This document shows positions 55,040-60,124 of a DNA stretch of 60,124 nt, piece by piece. The DNA comes from a virus (Duplodnaviria; Caudoviricetes), in IMG/VR virus record IMGVR_UViG_3300038552_000146, positions 1 through 60,124 of that record. One strand, written 5' to 3'. Position 1 is the stretch's first letter, and each line of letters begins with the position of its first letter. The notes below the pieces were generated by a model, which worked only from the letters and a program-made list of their open reading frames with translations, was not told the origin of the DNA and ran no database searches. Made by a program: the position numbers and the translations under genes.

Positions 55040-55229
55040 GATGGCTCGGCGTTAAGCCGCCCCATTGATCAACAATCCATCCTTCTGTGGTTGTCTTCGG
55101 TCCGCTGGACACGTCATATTCGGGGCTCTCTGACCACCCACATAGACATCCCCATGGCCCGAACATGATCCCAACCCCTACATCCACTTCATCGCGCCAG
55201 CACTCCGAGTCGCATTTCGGGCACCGCAT
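55029..55229 (-). CDS. Small zinc-ribbon protein
   Basis: CPKC...DVGVG..GPWGCLCGW; coupled to helicase stop. Confidence 0.7.
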   Translation of the reverse strand: MRCPKCDSECWRDEVDVGVGIMFGPWGCLCGWSESPEYDVSSGPKTTTEGWIVDQWGGLTPSHLAT

Positions 55230-56935
55230 TAGGCGTTGACCCCCAGCTTCTTGACCGCGCGGCGGCCCTGGATGCGGGTCAGCAGATCAGCGGCCTCGCC
55301 CCGAGTCCGTACCCGAGGGAGCGCCTTCTCCGGCAGGCCCTCACGCAACAGGCGGCCCCGCTGGAGGTCCGAGACCGGCTGATTCAGCCAGCGCGCCGTA
55401 CGCTCCACCAACTTCTGAAACGCCTTGGCCCGGTCTTCACCGATGCCCATGGCCCAGTCCACCGGGATTTCCTCGTGGAGTACCTCGATCCGGCCGCCCT
55501 TGTACGTGGCCAGCTTCCACGTGTCCAAGCCCTCAGGGACCACGACCACTACCTCTTGGCCGGCGCCCAGCACCCATGCCGGTCCAACCGGGAGCCAGCG
55601 GAGCCGGGATTCACCGAACACGTCTACCTTGCCGCCGGCTCCCGCGTGGCAGTTGTCGTGCCGCGTCTGGCCCTCAGACACCAGGCGCCGGGGGAGGAAG
55701 CGATGGCACAGCTCGCATCGGTGATGCGAGGCGGTGCACTGTGATCCGGGAAGGTCGCACGAGGGGCAGTCCTGCTCCTCAGACTCCTCCCGCTTCTCGC
55801 GGGGACCATCCAGGTCCAGCCCGAGATCTACCACGCCCACCAACTCATGGCGGTTGCTCGCACCCACGATGTCTAGGACCAAGAGATCCTTCTTACCCGG
55901 GTAGAGCCTGGTCCCCCGACCCACCATCTGGACGTACAGCCCGTGGAACCTGGTCGGCCGCGCGACGATCACACACGATATCGACGGTTCGTCAAAGCCC
56001 TCGGTCAAGACCGCGCAGTTCACTACCACCGTCGTTTCACCAGAGCGCAAGCGACGCAGGATGGCCCGTCGCTCCCCGCTCTCGGTACCCCCATCCACGG
56101 CCTCAGCGGCCACGCCGCGCGCCTGGAGCGCCGCCGCGAGCGCGTGTGCCGTGGCCACGGTAGGCGTGAAGGCCACGGTCTTCCGGCCTTCTCCGTGCGC
56201 CACATAGGCATCTGCGATTTGAGCGATAGCGCCGGACTCTTCCAGCTCGCGCCCGAGGTCCCCATCCGAGTAGTCCCCGCCGGTCTTGCGGACCCGGCCC
56301 AGATCCATCTCGGTCTCTACCACCACGGCCGGAAGGATCGGAACCAGGTACCCTCCCTGGTGGCCATCCTTCCCCTGTTTCCCGTCACCGTAGATGGCCT
56401 CCCTGATTGACATGTAGGAAACAACTTTCTCCCACACGCCCAGAGTCTTCCCGTTGTCACGCTCTGGCGTGGCCGTGAATCCAATGGTCAGCGGCCCGTA
56501 CGGGGAGAAGGAGCCCAGGGTGGTCAACACCTTGGTCCAACTCGGAGCCGGTGCGTGGTGGGCCTCATCCACCACCACGGTTTCAATCGGCCCAGCGGCC
56601 AGGAGCGCGGCCAGTCGCGCATTCCGCTGGAGGGTCTGGACGCTGCCCACCACCACGTCCGCGTCAATCTCATTGCGTTCAGCCTTGACCACGCCGGTCT
56701 TCAGGCCCGGTGCGATGATGGCCAGCTTCTGGCAGGTCTGATCGGCCAGTTCCTCGCGGTGGACCAGGACCAGCGAGCGACCCAGCGCGGCGCGGCGCTC
56801 GATCGCGTGGCTGAACGTGACGGTCTTACCGGTGCCGGTCGGGTGGACCACCAGCGGGCGCCGGACGCCCTCACGCTCAGCCTGTTCGATGGCCGCAAGC
56901 GCCTTACGCTGGTAGGGCCTAAGACTCAGAGCCAT
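55229..56935 (-). CDS. SF2 DEAD/DEAH-box helicase
   Basis: LRPYQ, PTGTGKT, DEAHH, TATP, LTEGFD, QMVGRGTR. Confidence 0.93.
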   Translation of the reverse strand: MALSLRPYQRKALAAIEQAEREGVRRPLVVHPTGTGKTVTFSHAIERRAALGRSLVLVHREELADQTCQKLAIIAPGLKTGVVKAERNEIDADVVVGSVQTLQRNARLAALLAAGPIETVVVDEAHHAPAPSWTKVLTTLGSFSPYGPLTIGFTATPERDNGKTLGVWEKVVSYMSIREAIYGDGKQGKDGHQGGYLVPILPAVVVETEMDLGRVRKTGGDYSDGDLGRELEESGAIAQIADAYVAHGEGRKTVAFTPTVATAHALAAALQARGVAAEAVDGGTESGERRAILRRLRSGETTVVVNCAVLTEGFDEPSISCVIVARPTRFHGLYVQMVGRGTRLYPGKKDLLVLDIVGASNRHELVGVVDLGLDLDGPREKREESEEQDCPSCDLPGSQCTASHHRCELCHRFLPRRLVSEGQTRHDNCHAGAGGKVDVFGESRLRWLPVGPAWVLGAGQEVVVVVPEGLDTWKLATYKGGRIEVLHEEIPVDWAMGIGEDRAKAFQKLVERTARWLNQPVSDLQRGRLLREGLPEKALPRVRTRGEAADLLTRIQGRRAVKKLGVNA

Positions 56936-57088
56936 CTATTCCACTCCCATCGACGCTAAGCGATTCTTGATCTCTTCGAAAAGTTCAATCTCGCAGGTCA
57001 CGGTGTAACCCTGTCCTCCGGCGGTACACTCCGCCCCATACGCCTCGATCAACTCAATCAAGGTCAAGCGGTCAAAATTCTCTGTCAC
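56936..57088 (-). CDS. Leaderless small protein
   Basis: GTG 7 nt after -10; abuts helicase start. Confidence 0.6.
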   Translation of the reverse strand: MTENFDRLTLIELIEAYGAECTAGGQGYTVTCEIELFEEIKNRLASMGVE

Positions 57089-57095
57089 GTATCCA

Positions 57096-57124
57096 ACCTT
57101 ACCGTCTCGCCTGTGAAGTGTCAA
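57096..57124 (-). promoter_or_regulatory. Repeated phage promoter
   Basis: TTGACA-cttcacaggcgagacgg-TAAGGT. Confidence 0.8.
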
Positions 57125-57169
57125 ACGGGAAAGCCCGGTCTCCTCCCCAAGAAGACCGGGCCTGAGCGG

Positions 57170-57541
57170 TCAGTGACCGTGCTGAACGTTTGCACTGAAG
57201 CACTTGTACGGCTGACCAGCCCATCGGCCACTCTCGACCTTCCGCTGCCCGTCGTATCGGATCTGGAGCCGGTCCCCGATCTGGGGCGCCGCGCCATCGA
57301 GTGCGTGCCGGAGCGATTCCCCGAACGCCTTCACGCGGATACGGCTGAACCCACCTAGCCACAGGTCCACGAAAGGTGTTAGACCGAAGTTGGTAGCAAA
57401 TACGCCCTGGCGGAGAACCACGCCGGAAACCTCATCCCCGGCAGTCTCAGGCTTCCACGTGGTAGATGGGTCACCTTCAGTCAATGCGCGGACCGCGCAC
57501 ATGAGGCAGTTGTCCTGGCGGTCGTGCTGTTCGATCGTCAT
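57170..57541 (-). CDS. OB-fold / SSB-like protein, paralogue 2 (leaderless)
   Basis: WKPETAGDEVSGVV...PQIGDRLQIRYDG...GRWAGQPYKCF aligns with 58152..58595. Confidence 0.6.
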   Translation of the reverse strand: MTIEQHDRQDNCLMCAVRALTEGDPSTTWKPETAGDEVSGVVLRQGVFATNFGLTPFVDLWLGGFSRIRVKAFGESLRHALDGAAPQIGDRLQIRYDGQRKVESGRWAGQPYKCFSANVQHGH

Positions 57542-57548
57542 GCGGTCA

Positions 57549-57577
57549 ACTTTACCGCCCCGCCTGTGAAGTGTCAA
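57549..57577 (-). promoter_or_regulatory. Repeated phage promoter
   Basis: TTGACA-cttcacaggcggggcgg-TAAAGT. Confidence 0.8.
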
Positions 57578-57619
57578 ACGAGGAAACCAGGTCTCCTCCC
57601 CAAGAAGACCGGGCCAGTT

Positions 57620-58015
57620 CTAGTACGTGACCGGGGGCTCGTGAACCGGGTCTCCGGCGGACTTCCCGCACTGGTCCCCCGAGCCATCCGGGGCCTGGAT
57701 CATCGCGCCGCACACCATCCCGGAATGACTGGCTTCGAACCGGTGCTTGGACCAGAGCGTCATAGTCTTGGTCACGGTCTCGACCCAGACCACTTCCCGG
57801 TCGTCGCTCTCTAGCCACCGTTCTACGGCCTTCCAGCCAGCGGCCTGAGGCGTGCGGCCCGCACCAGTTACATACCAGTACCCACCGGCCTTAAGCATCG
57901 CGTACGTATAGATATTAGGATTTTCACCCTGGCCACGGCATACGTATCGAATACCGAACAACAGGACCGCCCCATCTGGGATTGTCCGGCTGTCCAGCTT
58001 GAACTTGACAATCAT
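57620..58015 (-). CDS. Hypothetical protein
   Basis: YTYAMLKAGGYWYVTG; plausible globular ORF. Confidence 0.7.
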   Translation of the reverse strand: MIVKFKLDSRTIPDGAVLLFGIRYVCRGQGENPNIYTYAMLKAGGYWYVTGAGRTPQAAGWKAVERWLESDDREVVWVETVTKTMTLWSKHRFEASHSGMVCGAMIQAPDGSGDQCGKSAGDPVHEPPVTY

Positions 58016-58151
58016 TCGTCAACCATTCCGAGAGATGGGACGGGCCGCCCGGCGGGATGTGCCGGGCGGCCCTGTTGCTTCCCCTGGTCAAACCCTGATC
58101 TATCGCCTCAGGCAGCGAACTACGGCGTACCGAGAAACCAGGGGAGGCGTA

Positions 58152-58595
58152 TCACGCGCCCTTGCGCCGGACGACCACGCCGAAGTGCCGGTACGGCTTG
58201 CCCGCGAAGCGACCCTTCTTGATCGGCTTCTCCCCGAAATATTTCACGGCGATCCTGTCGCCCACCCGGGGGTCCGCGTCGATCAGCTCACGCTTCAGGA
58301 CCGCGCCGTATCCAATCACGCGGAACTTGTCCCCGCCCCTGGTCTGGATCGTGACGGTAGGAACCATCGGGTTCTCACCGTCGTTGGCGAAGTCGGAACG
58401 CGTCTCGCCCACCTTCACCACGATTCCCGCGATGCCCTCACCCTTTTCGGTAGGGACCCATCCTTCGGAGTCGTCCTCCACGACCTGGTCAAGAAGGTCA
58501 TCGACATCGGCGAAATCGTCGTCATCCGGAGCGTCCGCGCCGAACAGTTCGTCTACCTCATCCTGGCCGGTATTCTTGGTCTTGCTGGGGGCCAT
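58152..58595 (-). CDS. OB-fold / SSB-like protein, paralogue 1
   Basis: Acidic N-terminus then WVPTEKGEGIAGIVV...PRVGDRIAVKYFG; lies in the replication module. Confidence 0.65.
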   Translation of the reverse strand: MAPSKTKNTGQDEVDELFGADAPDDDDFADVDDLLDQVVEDDSEGWVPTEKGEGIAGIVVKVGETRSDFANDGENPMVPTVTIQTRGGDKFRVIGYGAVLKRELIDADPRVGDRIAVKYFGEKPIKKGRFAGKPYRHFGVVVRRKGA

Positions 58596-58816
58596 TAGGA
58601 CCCGCCTTTCCTGATCAGTAGCTAGTGAGCTAGTTGTGTTGTGCCAGGTGGGGGGTCACCACGCAGTCGGCACAGAGACAATCCCCCACCTGGCGCCCGT
58701 CTATCCGGGCTGTCGCTCCCTCTGGGAGCCGTCACGCGGATAGAGGTAGCCGCGTCCACCATGGTTCCAGCGCGTTGATCTTTGACCTGCCGGTCACCAC
58801 AAACCTGTCTCGGTCG

Positions 58817-58884
58817 CGCCCTGCCACGGAATCGAACCGTGGCCCTCTCACCCGGGGGTAAGAGTCTGCGTGCCAGCTCAGGGC
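58817..58884 (-). ncRNA. tRNA-like element without a canonical anticodon loop
   Basis: GCCCTG/CAGGGC acceptor-like stem, CACGG-TTCGATT-CCGTG T-arm, CTCTTACC/GGTGAGAG central stem. Confidence 0.6.
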
Positions 58885-59014
58885 TACCGCCCGTCTCTCC
58901 GGGCTGTCACGGCACTACCTTCCGTCCTCGGGGACCTAGTTTCCCGGTCGGCGCATCGTCGGCCCGGTCCTTACTTCCGGGCTCGCCCTCATGGCCGAAC
59001 CTTGTTGCCGGTCG

Positions 59015-59108
59015 TACCCCGTGGGAGGGTCGAACTCCCTCCTGGTCCTCCGGTCCCGACACATTCCAGCTCGTATTGGCCTGGCGACGGGTCTTGCTCC
59101 AGCGGGGC
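59015..59108 (-). ncRNA. tRNA-like element
   Basis: GCCCCG/CGGGGT acceptor-like stem, GGGAG-TTCGACC-CTCCC T-arm. Confidence 0.5.
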
Positions 59109-59525
59109 TAGCGCCGGGGGCCGCGCCGCGAACGCGGCCCCCTCGGAATGGTTGAGCCCGTCCGTCCCGGTCTCCCGGCGGGCTAATCTAACCGCCCGTC
59201 AAGGCGGTCAAACACCAACGGGCCTCGCCGCAAGCGACTACTACCATGGATATTGGCCCGATGCTCGCCGGCCGGGGGTCCTGACCAGCTCACGGCTACT
59301 ACGTTACAGCTATTCCGGCGAAGTCGCAACCGGAACACAGGTGAGATGTGCCGGTCCGATCAAGGGGGAGGTAGCCCGCGTGCGCTCCTCCTCAGGACGG
59401 ATGACGTACCTACAGTAGACGCACACAACCGCTGCTATCGACAACGATCGTTGATCCTTACCCCTGCGTCCCGTCAGGGTATTTGGTACGCGGCGAGGAT
59501 TGATAGAAACGTGTCCCATTGACAA

Positions 59526-60124
59526 TCACCCCCTCATTTCCTTGGGGACTGTGATGGTCAGTCTCCGATAGGAGGACCGCACAGTCACCTTTTCGGCCAC
59601 CTCGGGAAAGTCCCGCTTCAAGGCTTCCACGTCGATCCGAGAAGTATTCACCACCGGGTAACTGACAACCTTGCGCTCCCCCAGGTATCCAGCCCCGGCG
59701 TCGCCGGTCCACATCCTGAAGAAATTTCGAGCTGCGTCCAGATCCGCATTCGCCTTCTCAGCGGCTACCTTGGCCAGCCAGTAATCCCGTAGCCACTCGT
59801 CCGCGTTCTCGGGCAGGTCCACGCTGGGCCGCACGACTACAGGGTGGATCTGCTTCAGCAGTTCCTCGGTCCGGGGGTGGCGGAAATCGTGCATTGGTGG
59901 ATCGTCGCCCAAGATGTTAGCGACCCAGAACCGCTCAGCCTCATCGGCCATTTCGTGGAACCACTCCTGATCAAAATCCACCTCGACCACGTAGAAGTCC
60001 CGGGACCTATTAGAGATGTAGCAGGCCAGCCAGCCTTTACGGAGACCAAGAATCCCCATCTGCCACTGAATCTGGGCCTGGTATGACAACGGTGCGCGGC
60101 CGGTACCCTGGCCCCCCGGTGTGA
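59526..60124 (-). CDS. YqaJ/lambda-type exonuclease, C-terminal part
   Basis: YQAQIQWQMGILG motif; continuous with 1..643 through the overlap. Confidence 0.88.
   Translation of the reverse strand, partial: TPGGQGTGRAPLSYQAQIQWQMGILGLRKGWLACYISNRSRDFYVVEVDFDQEWFHEMADEAERFWVANILGDDPPMHDFRHPRTEELLKQIHPVVVRPSVDLPENADEWLRDYWLAKVAAEKANADLDAARNFFRMWTGDAGAGYLGERKVVSYPVVNTSRIDVEALKRDFPEVAEKVTVRSSYRRLTITVPKEMRG
59963..60124. repeat. Terminal direct repeat (circular overlap), copy 2
   Basis: Matches 1-162 with one mismatch. Confidence 0.95.

Noticed and set aside
58817-59108. Canonical tRNA genes with assignable anticodons
   Set aside because: No 7-nt anticodon loop on a 5-bp stem, weak or absent D-stems, mismatch at acceptor pair 7.
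59185-59211. Promoter TTGACC-N15-TAGATT for the non-coding island
   Set aside because: Spacer too short and lacks the family spacer motif; unsupported without TSS data.
59253-59525. Short ORFs 59253..59522 (+) and 59310..59525 (-)
   Set aside because: No recognisable motifs or convincing coding signal; 59310..59525 cannot be fully excluded.

Overview
Essentially complete, circularly permuted ~59.96 kb genome of a high-GC tailed phage, most likely of an actinomycete. Bases 1-162 recur at 59963-60124 and split a YqaJ-type exonuclease gene. Core genes run on the minus strand: replication/recombination (exonuclease, two SSB-like paralogues, SF2 helicase, a primase-helicase-PolA fusion, RuvC-like resolvase), terminase, lysis, portal, MuF, head, tail, tape measure, minor tail and three glycosyltransferase-like genes. 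More than 20 copies of a TTGACA-N17-TAANGT promoter with a dyad-symmetric spacer drive small accessory cassettes, many antisense to the late operon and leaderless. No integrase was recognised. The standout is 47389-49553: a Cas7/RAMP-like gene with nine tracts of strictly phased (GGY-NN)n pentamers, seven followed by a ~60-nt tRNA-like T-loop handle, with a winged-helix-like gene embedded in the array. This is a candidate non-CRISPR RNA-guided system whose guide information lies in the variable dinucleotides. Other structured ncRNA candidates lie at 21176-21488 and 58641-59108. All protein calls rest on motif recognition by eye, not database searches.
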